The notes beneath the pieces are model-generated. The model did not search any database. It was not told the DNA's origin and saw only the letters and a program-made list of their open reading frames with translations. A stretch of DNA of 63,197 nucleotides, counting the filler, from Hyphochytrium catenoides (taxonomy: Eukaryota > Protista > Hyphochytriomycota): assembly GCA_900088475.1 (NCBI GenBank). It is 13 parts of 13 records of this genome, joined end to end, with 100 filler letters (N's around TTAATTAATTAA, not from the genome) between each part and the next. Parts side by side here need not be neighbours in the genome. Positions count along the whole stretch, not along the records: positions 1 to 18,229 come from FLMG01002555.1; positions 18,330 to 22,556 come from FLMG01000204.1; positions 22,657 to 26,918 come from FLMG01002362.1; 10 more parts are not named here. One strand, written 5' to 3'. The translations under genes and the position numbers were made by a program. This document shows, one piece after another, positions 13,593 to 27,018 of the stretch. Numbering within the stretch: the stretch's first letter is position 1; every line of letters begins with the position of its first letter.

Positions 13593-13593
<1 letters not shown>
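10447..13593 (-). CDS. UBC6: ER-anchored ubiquitin-conjugating enzyme Ubc6/UBE2J family
   Basis: Eight exons: 13593-13468, 12946-12922, 12553-12531, 12285-12259, 11928-11856, 11718-11648, 11246-11199, 10746-10447. They give [48 protein letters not shown]...RLCLSMSDFHPETWNP, with the catalytic Cys and a C-terminal hydrophobic tail anchor. Confidence 0.95.
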
Positions 13594-13630
<37 letters not shown>

Positions 13631-14177
13631 GTTCTCTCTTTCTCTCTTCTTCAAGCAGATTCACGCGCTGCTTCTTTCTCAGTCTTGTTCTCTTGGTATG
13701 CGTCAGGGAAGGAAGACAGGAGGAGAAAGTGGTGAGGAGAGAGAAAGAGCTCTGCTTTTCTCCTTCTTCTTCTTCTCCCGTCGCGTCTCTCTCTCTCTCT
13801 CTTTGTCTTTCTCTCTCTCTCCGTCTACTTTCCTTCTCGAGGCCGTCTCGAGATGAGAATAAGGCACTCAGCGTAGCAAGGGTACGGGAGAAAGCGACAA
13901 CTGGCAGAAGAGAGTTGACCTCATGTCGCTAACGCCTGATGAGAGAGCATAGAAAGCTATCTCAATCTTGAACACTCTCTCCTCATCTGTCTGTCCCCTT
14001 ACTTTCTCTCTCTCTCTCTCACCTGTCTCTTCTTTGCTCTCTCTTCTCTTGTTCCGCTCGCTCAACTCGCTCCCCTTGGTCACACTCTCTCTTTCTCTCT
14101 CTCTCTCTCTCGTTGCCTCTCTCTTCGCCTCTCTCTTTGCCTCTCTCTTTGCCTCTCTTTGTCTCTCCCTCTCTGTC

Positions 14178-14228
<51 letters not shown>

Positions 14229-15521
14229 TTCTCTCTCTAGAAAGCTGTTAACCGCTATCCCTAAATAGTAATGTTCCACTTTCAAAGGCCGCCTGAGATC
14301 GTAAGAATCCGCGCTCTACTAATAATAACAGAAAAAAAAAAGCTTCATCATCTTTCTGAAGAATCTGCAGATCAGCGGCAGACGATGAAGACGAAGTCTG
14401 ATCTCCGGATGATCTTCGGGTCTTTCCCAGTAGAGAAAGATCCGCAACGGAGGAAGAAGCAGAGCTGCATGCTGACGGTATGAGCCTCTCAGCGCCCCGG
14501 GTATCTCGGGGAACCCAGACTGTTTCAGCCAGAAGGTAAGCTACGGTACATTGGCTGGTACGTGGCCCCGATGAGTGGCACATGCCATGCGGCAAAGCCT
14601 GCGGTTAAAAACCATCATTGCTCAGTATCACATTTCTTATGAGAACCTGATAGTCGCGCTCTCCTCTCTCAACCAAAGGAAGAAGGGCTGAGAAAGCAAA
14701 ACAGCCACGGACCCGGCATAAATTAGCTTGTTAGGCAGGCCCTCTTTCCAAAGTACTCTTCAGCTTCCAGAAAAAGCCGGCACGCCGCTACCTCTGAAGC
14801 GGGATCTTCTTTGCAAAAGAAGCTCTTGATTTTAGCGTCTTTAGTATGGCTTCTATTGTAAGAGAGCGTCACAACGGTTTACCTTGCGCTTCAAGCTAAT
14901 CTTCCCTTTCCTGGCGCCTGTGCTGAGCTGACTCAATGAGAAGAGCCTGTGTCCTCCCTCCCTAGTGGATAGCGATGCTGCTGCCAGCTGACACTTTCAC
15001 AATGATGCGGAGCCATCACTCAGAGAGTCTCAACGAGTCTACACAGACAGCCGCGAGCTCCTTCGTTGGCTGCGCGGCCTGTACAGCCGCGAGCTCGAGC
15101 GTGGAAAGTCCAGAGGCGCCTCTTTAGCTTGTCCGCTTTGCCGCATCGTCTGCCCTCTGTGAGAGAGAGAGAGAGAGAAAGACAGACCATAAACTCAAGG
15201 GCATAGCCCTCCAGACCTACGGAGAAAATGGCTGTCCTATTGTTTCTAATAGATGTGTTTTTGACCGTCTGCCTGGCGGCCGCAGGGACTGGGGCAGAAG
15301 AGAGAAGAAAAGAAGGTTTCTTTTAATGTGAGCTTTCCATGGTCAGAGCCTGAAGCGCGTTAATGCTCTGCGGTAAGGACTTAACCATACTAAAGAGAGA
15401 GACGTTGGAGAGGTACCACGAGAGTGAGAAAGAGAAAGAGCCAGAGAGAGAGAGAGAGAGAGAGAGAAAAAAAAGAGAGAGAGAGACAGGGAGAGACAGA
15501 GAGAGAGAGACAGGGAGAGAC

Positions 15522-15566
<45 letters not shown>

Positions 15567-15718
15567 TGGATGGTTAACTAGATCGATTCGATAGAGAATA
15601 GTCAGAGACATAGATAGTGAGACAGACAGACAGAGGGAAAGATAGAGAGAGTGCCGACAAAAGGAAAGAGAAGAAGAGACGGGGCCGAGAGAGAGAATGG
15701 CGTCAATAGCGCAAAAGT

Positions 15719-15911
15719 TTATTGGTTATTCTTGACGCTGAAGGCCTGCTGCGTGGTCTCATAAGAGAGCTTGGCGTCCCCAAGGGCGACAGAGGAACGA
15801 AGGAGCTGCTTCCGCTGGTCAGCGTTCAGCTTCGCCTGGAACTGGTGCACCCGCCCCGTTGGGTCAGGGAGAGAGTTGGACGTGTGATAGTCGGGCTGTT
15901 CCGNNNNNNNN

Positions 15912-15949
<38 letters not shown>

Positions 15950-16360
15950 ACGGAGATAGAGAAGAAGAGAGAGTGAGAGAGAGAGAGAGTATGAGAGCCC
16001 CAGCCAAGGAGAGTTTGGATGAATAAGAAACAATAGGTTAAGAGGAGGAATCAAGGAGCACAAAGTCAATCAGTCTCCAAAAAAAAAGCAAGGCATTATC
16101 CTAGGCACAAAGAGCTGATAAAAAGGCAACAAAGAGAGAGATTAGAAAGAGAGAGAGAGAAGGGGGGGGGGAGAGAGAGAGAGAGAGAGTCCTGACCAGG
16201 ATTAAGCTCGTTCCGCGTGACCTTGGTCTTATCATAGACAAACTCCCGGGCAGCGGATGTCAGATATGTCGGCGCCTCATCTCCCAGGACGATGGAACAT
16301 TGTTTAGGAACTAAAAGAGAGAGAATGAGGCAGAGATAAAGAGTAAATCATGAAGCGAGA

Positions 16361-16402
<42 letters not shown>

Positions 16403-16773
16403 TTGTTACTGAGGTATGTGGAACATCAGCAAAGAGAGGGTGCAAGGAGAGCTATTGTCCCATAGTGATACCTTCGTATACCTTTATCCTTTCTCTCATC
16501 TATGCTTTCTCTCTCTCTCTCTTTCATACTTTTCTCTCTCTTTCTCTCCTTCCCTCTTTCTCTCTCTCTCTTCTTTTACCTTTCTTTGCTTTCTCTGCCT
16601 CTCTCTTCCTGTCTGCTACTCCTTCCAGGAACTTTGGATCCCAGGTTGTGGCTGCGTGGGACCTCGAGACGAACTCCGGGCGGTCGTTCCCAAAAGAGAG
16701 GTGAGACGCGCGCAATTGCGCTCGTGCCTCCTAGATGGATGAAGACAGAGAAAGAGAGAGACAGAGGAAAAGA

Positions 16774-16820
<47 letters not shown>

Positions 16821-17915
16821 TAGAGAAGGTAATGTAAGAGAAAGAAGAGCCCCTGGATATGGTAATAAAGGAAAAGAAGGAGAGGGAAGAAGAGACAAGC
16901 GCCTGTCTTGCATGCCTCTCTCTCTTCTCGTTCTCTCCTCTCTCTCTCTCTCTCCCCCCACTTCTCTCTCTCTCTCTTGCTGAAAATTACCTGGTTGAGT
17001 TTGACGGTGTAGTTGTGCATCTCTCCTGTGGGGTCGAGCAGTTTATTGCTGGTGCTATAGTCCGAGGGAGAGTCGTCCGCCGCCAAAGAGAAATGAGAGC
17101 GCTTCAGATCTTGCGCCACCTCTGACCAGGGAAGAGCAGGAGCATCGAAGGTGAGAGAGTGGGTAGAACCCAGTAAGAAAACCGGGAGAGAGAGAGAGAG
17201 ACAGAGAGAGAGAGAGAGACAGAGAGAGTGAGAGTGAGAAAAGAAAGACAGAAAGAAGAAGGAGAAGAGAGATAGAGAAGATGAGGAGACGCGGAATTGC
17301 AAATGTAGGGCTTATGAATGTGATGCTTAGAAAGAGAGAGACGAGACTGCGTTTTCTTCAAAATCCGAGAGAGAAGGAGAGAGAACAGAGGAAAAATAGT
17401 GATTCTCCTCTCTAATCGAACAGTGAGAAAGACGTAGAGAGGTCAGCCGTAGAACACTCAGAGAGAGAGAGAGAGATAGCATCAAACTTTCAGAGGGAGG
17501 AGTGACAGAGGAAGAGAGAGATGGCAGAAAAAGGGAGAGAAAGAGGAAGAGAAAAGAGAGAGCGTTTTTACCTTTAGCAAGCTCTCCCTTTTTGGCCTTG
17601 TCCTTATCATACTGAAAGGCGCTCTTCAGCGTCGATTCGTAGGCCACGGGTTGGGACCCCAGCTGGATACTGCACGTCTTCGGGGCTGAGAGAGAGAGAA
17701 GCCAATACAGAGAGAAATGAAGAGAGAGAGAGAGAAAAAAGAAGAGAGAGAGAGAGAAAGAGAAAGAAAGAAAGAAAAGCGTAAGTGGCATTGCTGAGAG
17801 ATGAGTACGAGCAAGATGGCAAACAACAACTTAAAAAGGAGAGAGACAAAGAATCCAAAAGAGAGCAGATCTCTAGGACAAGAACAAGAAAGAGGGAGAG
17901 GGAGAGAGACTAAAG

Positions 17916-17948
<33 letters not shown>

Positions 17949-18199
17949 GCGAACAGAGAGAGAGAAATGTCCCAGGAATCCATACCTAAGGCAAACTTCT
18001 TAGCATCCTCTCTGTTCCTCTTCATCACTTCCAAGTAGCGCTGGTCCCAGACAGCAGCAGCCTTAGCGGCACTTTCCCACTCTCCCCCTTTCCCTTTCTC
18101 TCCTTCTCCCTGTCTCCCCCAGTCTTCCCCTAGACAGACATGAGACTCCAAGAGACATGCGCGAGCTTCTTCACTGAGTTGCGCCTTGTACTGGGACAT
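15719..18199 (-). CDS. SAXO5/TEX45-like axonemal microtubule-binding repeat protein (5' end truncated by scaffold end)
   Basis: Exons ~18199-17986, 17685-17572, 17121-16991, 16730-16580, 16310-16197 and (gap)15903-15719 splice in frame. The repeated S(H/I)xxLG-x(5-7)-Y-x-(S/T) motif resembles TEX45/DUF4601 repeats. Confidence 0.62.
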
Positions 18200-18273
18200 T
18201 TGGCCTTAAACGAGAGGAAAGAGAGGGTANNNNNNNNNNNNNNNNNNNNNNNNNNNNNNNNNNNNNNNNNNNN

Positions 18274-18285
18274 TTAATTAATTAA
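18274..18285. other. Artificial scaffold linker TTAATTAATTAA (stop codons in all six frames)
   Basis: The identical N-flanked 12-mer starts at 18274, 22601, 26963, 31467, 32756, 39876, 41609, 43017, 46573, 59141, 60268 and 61904. Confidence 0.98.
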
Positions 18286-18329
18286 NNNNNNNNNNNNNNN
18301 NNNNNNNNNNNNNNNNNNNNNNNNNNNNN

Positions 18330-18420
18330 AAGGAGGAGAAGAAGAGAGGAGAGAGGCATGAGATAGTCCATCTGAGCCCGTAGGTCCTCTTCCTAGAGGC
18401 AGACAAGAGAGAGGGAGACA

Positions 18421-18454
<34 letters not shown>

Positions 18455-19038
18455 GGAGAAAAAGAAAACAAGGGGAAAAAGGAGCAGGTGAAGAAGAGAG
18501 GGAAATTGGGAGAAGGAAGAGGAAGAAAAAGAGAGAGAAAAGAAAGAAGTGAGGAGGCATAGGAAGTGTCAGTCATTTTGAAAGACGCGGCGAGAGGGAC
18601 TTGGGGGAGAGAAAGAGAGAAGTGAGAAACAGGGAGAGAGAGGAGAGAAAGAGAAAGCAAGAAGAAGCATCCAGTGGCAAAGCTTTCACGAGAGAAGAAA
18701 GGGAATGAGGGCTAACATGTTTATCCTTCTCCTTTTCTATCCTTCACGTCTTTCTCACTTTCTCTGTTTCTGCCTTTCTCTCTTCTCTCCTTCTGCCTCT
18801 TCCCAGATCCTATCTCTCTCTATTTATCTCTGCTCCCTCTCTTTTTCTCTCCCTCTCCCTTCTGTCTATCTTTCTCTCCTTCCATGGCCCTGTCTCTCAC
18901 CTGTTTGGAGAGTGTTTCATGCTTGAGACAGAATCCACTAGCTCGCCTGTGCTCCTCTCTGCACTGGGAGCGAAGACATTCTCTGGGGACTGGGAGCTGA
19001 AAGAGAGAGAGAGGGGACCAACGTGTAGGAAGGAAGAC

Positions 19039-19100
<62 letters not shown>

Positions 19101-19743
19101 AGAGACAGGCGAAAAGAACCATGTTAGTGGTAGGGGCAAGGCTTATTTATGGCTAGAGTCAACTAGAGAGAGTGAGAGAGACAGAGACAGACAGAGTAAG
19201 AGAGGACAGAGAGGGAGAGGGAGAGAGAGGGAAGGAGAGAGGAGAAAAGAAAGATAATTAGAAGGATGACGGCTTCGTCTTGGGGTAGAGTAAAGAAAAC
19301 GACAAGTTATAGGGATAATAGACCAACAAGAGAGAAAGAGAGAGAGAGAAATAGCGAGCGGAACAGAGAGAGAGAAGGGCGCATCGGGCATTTATAACCG
19401 AGAGAGAAGACGTATGTCTCCTAACCGAGAGAGAAGGGAGATGTACCTCTTCTCTCTCTTCACCTTCGACATTGTCTTCAAGTCTACTTTCCGAGCTGCT
19501 TTGTTGTTGAGCCGAACCAAGAGAAAAGGAGAGAGAGTTCCCTGGTTCACCCACCTCTCTCTCTCCCTCTCTCTCTTCCGCGATATCGACGTTCAAACTG
19601 GCTAGGGCACGGAGATTGGCACTATGAGAGTAAGGGAGACGACACGAGAAAGAGAAGCAATGGGTCAGAGAAGAGAGAAGTCCTCAACTTTGATCGTCAG
19701 ACTGAAGCAGAAGAAAGAAGAAGAAGAAGAAGAAGAAGAAGAA

Positions 19744-19788
<45 letters not shown>

Positions 19789-21350
19789 AGAAGGTAGAGA
19801 AAGCAAGAAGGACATGTATAAAAGACCGTAGTGCTGAAAGAGCTAGCAAATGGGAGGAGATAGGCGGCTTTCTTCTCAACCTTTCCTATGTCTTCTTCCT
19901 TCTCTCTCTCTCTTTCTGCTCTCTCTATCCATCACTTAGCCCTATATTCTCTTGCTCTTTGTTTCCCNNNNNNNNNNNNNNNNNNNNNNNNNNNNNNNNN
20001 NNNNNNNNNNNNNNNNNNNAAGGGGAAGACGATGGGGAGAGAGAGGAAGAGAGAGACTGAAAGGGAGAGACGGCAGAGGAAGAGGGTGGAAGAGAGCGCT
20101 TGCCCTCTTTGGGAGACGCAGAGGGGCGAGAGAGAGCTGAAAGCACCTCCACTGCCCTCATAGCAGAATCACCTCTGTTCCAAAGGTAGGAGAAGACAAG
20201 CGGGAGAGAGAAGAGAGAGAGAGAGAGACACACAATGAGAGAGAGAGAGAGCAAGAGAGAAAGTGCAGAATATACTGCCTATGATTCCTCGGCCCCTTCT
20301 CGCTGACTTGTCGTCGTCTCTCTCTTCTCTATTGCTCTGAAAGTCACCATTTCTCTCTTTCTCTCTCTCTCCCTGACTCTGTCTCTCTCTCTCTCTCTCT
20401 CTCCTTTGCCTTCTCAATCACTCTTTCTTCCTCTCTCCTATAGCTAGAGGCTGATAGGTGTACCCAGCTACTTACCATAGGTATCCAAAGAAGAAAAGAG
20501 CTTGTGGACCTTTGTAGTGTGTCTCTCTCTCCCTCCAATGAGCTCTTTCTCTCTTTCTCTCTTTTCTCTCTCCGTCTTACACTTTCAACATAAAAAGATG
20601 AGACCTGATCCCCGGCAATCCAAGGTAGCCCAGGAGCCCGCAGTAGATTTATAGACGATAAGCCCAAGCTTCGAGCACGGCCAAAGGGAGAGAGTCACGG
20701 GGAGGGAGAGAGAGAGAGAGAGAGACGAAGAGAGAGAGAGATGGAGAGAGGAACGCAGAAGGGGGAGCGAGACAGTTTGCCTAAAGCCCGCCCCTCAAGC
20801 GTTGAGAAGAGATCAGGAAAGCTCTGTCTGCAGCTCGACGGAGAACAGGTTTCTGCAGCAACAGAGACAGGGCCTGTGGGATGATGGAGGAAGGAGAGGA
20901 AGAAGAGAGAGGAAAGCAGGGCAACTCGAAGACCGAAGGGGGAGAGTCCTTGTAAGAGGGGGACGAAGAGAAGTATGTCAAGGCGCGGGTAGAGAGCAAG
21001 AGAGAAAGGGAGAGAGAGAGAAAAAGAGAGAGTGAGAGAGAGAGAAAGGGAAAAAAGAAGAGAGAGAGGGAGAGGAGAGAGAGAGAGAGAGCGAGAGAGC
21101 GAGAGAGAGAGAGAGGAGAGTGGAGAGAGAGAGACGAGAGAGACGAGAGAGAGGGAGAGAGAGAGAGAGAGAGAGACGAGAGAGAGAAAGTGCGCATGAT
21201 TTTCTAAAGTTGAAGCTGCCCAGAAGGCAGAACAAAAGACAACGACCAAAACCCTCACCTGAATCTACATCAAAGCGGCATATCTACAGGGAACCTCTCA
21301 ACTCGAACTCCCACTTGCACTCTTCTTGCCCGGTTAATCTAAGGGGAGGT
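18330..21350 (-). CDS. Probable uncharacterised multi-exon gene(s); exon chain not resolved
   Basis: Intron-like (CT)n on the minus strand alternates with complex exon-like islands (~18560-18600, 18900-19000, 19400-19600, 20480-20690). Donor-like sites lie near 21258 and 20476. No recognisable domain. Confidence 0.35.
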
Positions 21351-22215
21351 AGTCTTCAAAAAAACAAAAGGGCATAGGATCCTTTATCGTTGCGATAATT
21401 ATAAGACGATCATGGAGTTGTATGGTATTATGGATGTTCAGAAGAGATATATGCTAATAAGTACGTAGGTACAGAAAGCTTTCAGAGTTAGAACTTCCCT
21501 GCTTAGCTCCTAAATGCGACATTATAAGGGTGAGGCCGTACAGCGAATCTTTATGTGGATGCGAATCTTGGCCGGTAACGGTATTCTGAGGGGCTGTGCC
21601 TCTGACCACATTTTGTCGCCTTAGATGTCTCGTTCACTCTGTATCACTTGAACCTCGGACAAGCTTCAGGCTTCAGGCAGTCTTTCTATAGGTTTTCTGT
21701 TGTAAGTTTGATTGTAATGCGGCGAAATATGGAGAGGAGAGAGGGCGTAGATAAAGCATTCTCTCTTTCTCTCTCTTTCTCTCTCTCTCTTTTCTCTCTC
21801 TCTCTTCCTCTCTCTCTCTTTTCTCTCTCTCTCTCTCTCTCTCTCTCCCTTCTCACACACTCTCTCTCTCTTTCTCTTTCTCTTTCTCTTTCTTCCAGCT
21901 GCGTAATAAGGCCACACTCAATGGCCTTCTACTCATCTTGTCTGGCGCTTTGGAACGAAGGGAGACATCCCTTCGTCTCTCCTCATTTCTCTCTCTCTCT
22001 CTCCCCAAGCTCATGTCAAGCCGGAAGAGTGATCTCCATTGACCAAAGGGAGAGCCTTTCGAAGGCTGCCCCAGACCATGAGCCCATGAGTAAGAGACAG
22101 TAAAAGAGAGAGACAGAGAGAAGGAGAGCGAGAGAGAGACAGAGAGAGAAAGAGAGACAAAGAGAGAGAAAGAGAGAGAGAGAGACAGACAGAGAGAGGG
22201 AGAGGGAGGGAGAAG

Positions 22216-22411
22216 ATGGCAGTAGCAAAGCTTCTGGTGCCTCAGAGTTTGGTCTCTGTAAAATCCGAGAGCTATCTTCTCGGCTATTATACCAAGGCTG
22301 AAGCTCTCATCGTCATCACGGCCGCAATCCCTAAGAAAGACGTTGACATCCAGACACTGAAGAGAGAGACACACGGTCGCCTTACCTCGCAAGCCCTAAG
22401 CGCCGTGCTAG
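22216..22411 (+). CDS. First exon of a gene, possibly PIG-Q/Gpi1-like (truncated by scaffold end)
   Basis: ATG at 22216 gives MAVAKLLVPQSLVSVKSESYLLGYY...LIVITAAIP, followed by a GTGAGG donor and a (CT)n intron. The resemblance to the PIG-Q N-terminus is weak. Confidence 0.4.
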
Positions 22412-22420
22412 GTGAGGGAT

Positions 22421-22452
<32 letters not shown>

Positions 22453-22504
22453 TCTCTCTCTCTCTCCATCTCTCTCTCTCCATCTCTCTCTCTCTTCTTC
22501 TCTC

Positions 22505-22548
<44 letters not shown>

Positions 22549-22682
22549 CCCCTCTCNNNNNNNNNNNNNNNNNNNNNNNNNNNNNNNNNNNNNNNNNNNN
22601 TTAATTAATTAANNNNNNNNNNNNNNNNNNNNNNNNNNNNNNNNNNNNNNNNNNNNAGAGAGAGAGAGAGAGAGAGAAAGAA

Positions 22683-22713
<31 letters not shown>

Positions 22714-23001
22714 AAGAAAGAGAGCGAGCCAAAGGGAGAGAGAGAGAGGAGAGCGAGCAAGGCTGTGGTGAGCATGAGAGGGAAGACGAGGAAAAGAGTC
22801 CTCCTTGTACATGATAGCAAGGAACGCGTAAGGGAAGATAGCCAAGAAGTGACAAGTGGCTAGAAAGAGTAGAAGAAATGAGCAAAAAGATAATAAAGAT
22901 GTTAAGTTTCAAACCAAGTTCTTTCCTTCATTCAGTCTCTCTCCCCGTCTCTTTCCCTCTGTCTCTCTCTCCATCTCTCTCTCTCTGTCTCTGTCTCTTA
23001 C

Positions 23002-23172
23002 CACCATAGCACTGAGATCGTTGGGACACTCATAGAAGGTCATCCTCTGACTTTTGCTGGCCACGACCGTGATGGGGCCATGGATCTCCGTGATGTTCTG
23101 TCGCGTGTAGCGCTTCACAAGAGACTGAACAGGGTTGTGGTGAGAGGAAAGCAGGGAGACTAACACGTGGAG

Positions 23173-23211
<39 letters not shown>

Positions 23212-23693
23212 GAAAAAATGTCTATGGAGGAAGAGATGATGGGCAGGATGCCAGATGGCATTAAACCCCCCCGGAAGGCAGAGAGACACACCGACACAGA
23301 AGAAAGGAAAAAGAGAGACCCGTAAAAGTAGGTATCGGGAGAGAACGCAGGAGAGGCGTGGAGAGAGCAGAGGTGGGGCCAACCAGTGACGTAGAGAAAA
23401 GTAGAGAGAGAGAGGGAGAGGAAGGACAATAAGAGTGATAGAAGAATGAGGGAGGAAGAGAGAGCGAGAGCAGGAGAAGAAAGCAACTCCTCACTCTAAT
23501 TAGTGTGCTTTTCCCTGTGCCTGGCGGTCCCATGACCGTGACGACAAAGGGAGGAGGCGTCTCTTCCGCTCTGTTAACAAGCGGAACATATTCTTTCTTG
23601 TGCGCACGGTCCAGGTTCCTCTGAATGGTCTTCTGGACTTTCCCGTAACGCGCCACACCGAAGGCCTGCAAGAGAGAGGAGAGAGAAAGAGAG

Positions 23694-23753
<60 letters not shown>

Positions 23754-24470
23754 AGGAAGTGTTACTAGTTAATGAGGGTTTGGTGGGATGTGGACAAAAA
23801 GTATGAGCTAAGGGCATCAAGACAGATATTGGAAAGGGAAAGAGAGAGACAGAAATAAGGACGACAGCAACATGGAAAGACTGTGTGTGCTTTCTTCCGA
23901 AAGCAGGAAAAAAGAAACAGAGAGAGAGAAGAGAAAGGAGGTGAAGAGAGAGAGAGAGAGAGGCAAGAGAGAGCAAGAGTAGGAGAGGGCAAGAAGTTTG
24001 CGGCTGATAATATTGTTGAAAGAGGCGAGGATAAAAGCGAAAGGTAGAGGTCATGGAGAGGAAGAAATGGTACGGAAACCTCGAAAAGAGAGGACACGAC
24101 ACAGAGAGAGAGAAAGGGAGAACAGTGGAAGGAGAGAGAGAGAGAGAGAGAGGGAGGGGAGAAAAGAGAGCAAGAGTGAGGGAAAGAGTGGAGAGAGGAA
24201 GATAATATGATTGGCAAATCTACCGTCCCCAGCTCTATATGGACAAGATATCCGTGATGAGCCAGGAAGAAGACAAAGAGAGAGGAGATAGGAGGAGAAA
24301 GAGAGATGAATAGGAAGAGAGTAAGGAGAGGAGCAGGATGGGCAGAGAAGGAGAGAGCGACAAGGAGAGAGGGAGAGAAGGAAAAAGGAGAGAAAGAGAG
24401 AGAGCGAAAGAAGGAGAGAGACAGCGAGAGAAGCCCTTGCAGGAGTACCTTAGGATTGTGCTTCTCATTG
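23002..24470 (-). CDS. BMS1: Ribosome biogenesis GTPase Bms1, N-terminal exons
   Basis: Exons (gap)24470-24449 NEKHNPK, 23665-23495 AFGVAR...PPPFVVTVMGPPGTGKSTLIR (P-loop) and 23124-23002 SLVKRYTRQNITEIHGPITVV...RMTFYECPNDL. Confidence 0.93.
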
Positions 24471-24673
24471 NNNNNNNNNNNNNNNNNNNNNNNNNNNNNN
24501 NNNNNNNNNNNNNNNNNNNNNNNNNNNNNNNNNNNNNNNNNGGAGGGTAATGATTGAGAAGAGGAGCGTCAGCAATGGAGAAGTGAGGTTGCTGGCTTGA
24601 GCTCAGATGGAAGCTTCACCTAGAAAGCAGAGGCTTGAGGCAGTGATGCGAAAACGCCAACAGGGAGTAGCGC

Positions 24674-24710
<37 letters not shown>

Positions 24711-25803
24711 CGAGAACGAAAATAACAGAGAGAGAGCAGCGATAGCTTGAAAGGGCAGCGATACGACTGTCTATTGAGTTCGAGCGAAGAGAAAGGAAAG
24801 ACAAGAGAGGCAGAGAGAGCTGCCAGGAACAGTGAGGGAGAGGAAGAGAACAGAGAGGCAGAGGTTGATGGCAGATCGAAGTGAGCGAGCAAGAGCTACT
24901 GCAGCAGGAGAGGAGATACGTAGATAAAGACAGGCAGGAGAAAGAAGACAAGAGAGAGAGAGAGAGAGGAAAAAGAGAGAGAAAGAGAGAGAGAGAGAGA
25001 GAGGGGGGTGAGAGAGAGANNNNNNNNNNNNNNNNNNNNNNNNNNNNNNNNNNNNNGAGAGAAAGAGAGAGAGAGAGATGATGGTTCTGATGGTCAGGTT
25101 GCTGGCTGTAACCTTTCCACCTTCTGATTGAGTCTCTTCACTGGTTGGCAGACCAATCCATCTATTCCGAATAAAATCTCAGGGATTGTCATAGACGATC
25201 ATGATTCTATGTAAAGATTGATAACTAAATTTAATTAGTTCTCAGATCAGAGAAACTCCGCAAAGTGGTGTTTCAGAATATATAGAATCCCCCTGTATCT
25301 GTGTGACTGTGAGCAGACAAAGGAGAGAGAATGTGGGACCCTCTGCCTGCTCGTCTCTTCCATTCTCTGTATCACAGGTCTCCTATCTTTATGCTCTTGT
25401 TAACATAGCTCATGAGAACTCTGTCTCGTCCGTTTACCGTTCTTTGATCACTCGTTTGAGCGCCGCTGAAGCTTGGTCTTCGGAGTATCTTCAGCGGCAG
25501 TTCCTGCAGTTCCAGAGCCAGAGCCGCCAGACAGCCGAGCAACGGCCTCTCTTCCACGCACAGAGAGAAGAAGAAGAGACGGAGCCAGACCTTGGTACCA
25601 TTGATAGAGAAGAGAGAGAGAGACCAGGGCAGTGTGCATAAGAAAGAGAGAGAGAGACTGAGACTCTGAGAGAGAGAGAGACAGAGTCTGGCAAGACAGC
25701 GGCGTCACAACGTGCAAAGGGCACAGTAGGAGCAGTGGTTGCGGTTGACAGAACACTGCTAAACTCCTCATTAGGGCCAAGAAGAAAGTGACAGATCTCT
25801 ACA

Positions 25804-26645
<842 letters not shown>

Positions 26646-26829
26646 TAAATCTTTAGATTTCTTTGATCTCTGCCTTGGTGTCTCGTTCCAGTACTGACGT
26701 TTACCTCGTTAGCGTCATCTTTTTATGTTTTTCACTCTCTTTCTTTCTGTCTCTCTGTGTCCTCTTTTCTCTCTCTCCTCTCAATTTTTTTTTTATTTGC
26801 TTCTTCATGTTACTCTCTGTTTCTCCTCC

Positions 26830-26918
26830 ACCTTTGCTTTTGCCCTCCTCTACCTTTGCTTTTGCCCTCCTCTACCTTTGCTTTTGCCCTCCTCTACCTT
26901 TGCTTTTGCCCTCCTCTA
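26830..26918. repeat. 22-bp minisatellite (CCTTTGCTTTTGCCCTCCTCTA) x4 in an RBX1 intron
   Basis: Exact tandem copies running into the gap. Confidence 0.9.
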
Positions 26919-27018
26919 NNNNNNNNNNNNNNNNNNNNNNNNNNNNNNNNNNNNNNNNNNNNTTAATTAATTAANNNNNNNNNNNNNNNNNNNNNNNNNN
27001 NNNNNNNNNNNNNNNNNN

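Noticed and set aside
2228-15721. Possible stop-codon reassignment
   Set aside because: Conserved genes end in TGA (COG7, NOL6), TAA (NIFK) and TAG (UBC6), and none has an in-frame stop.
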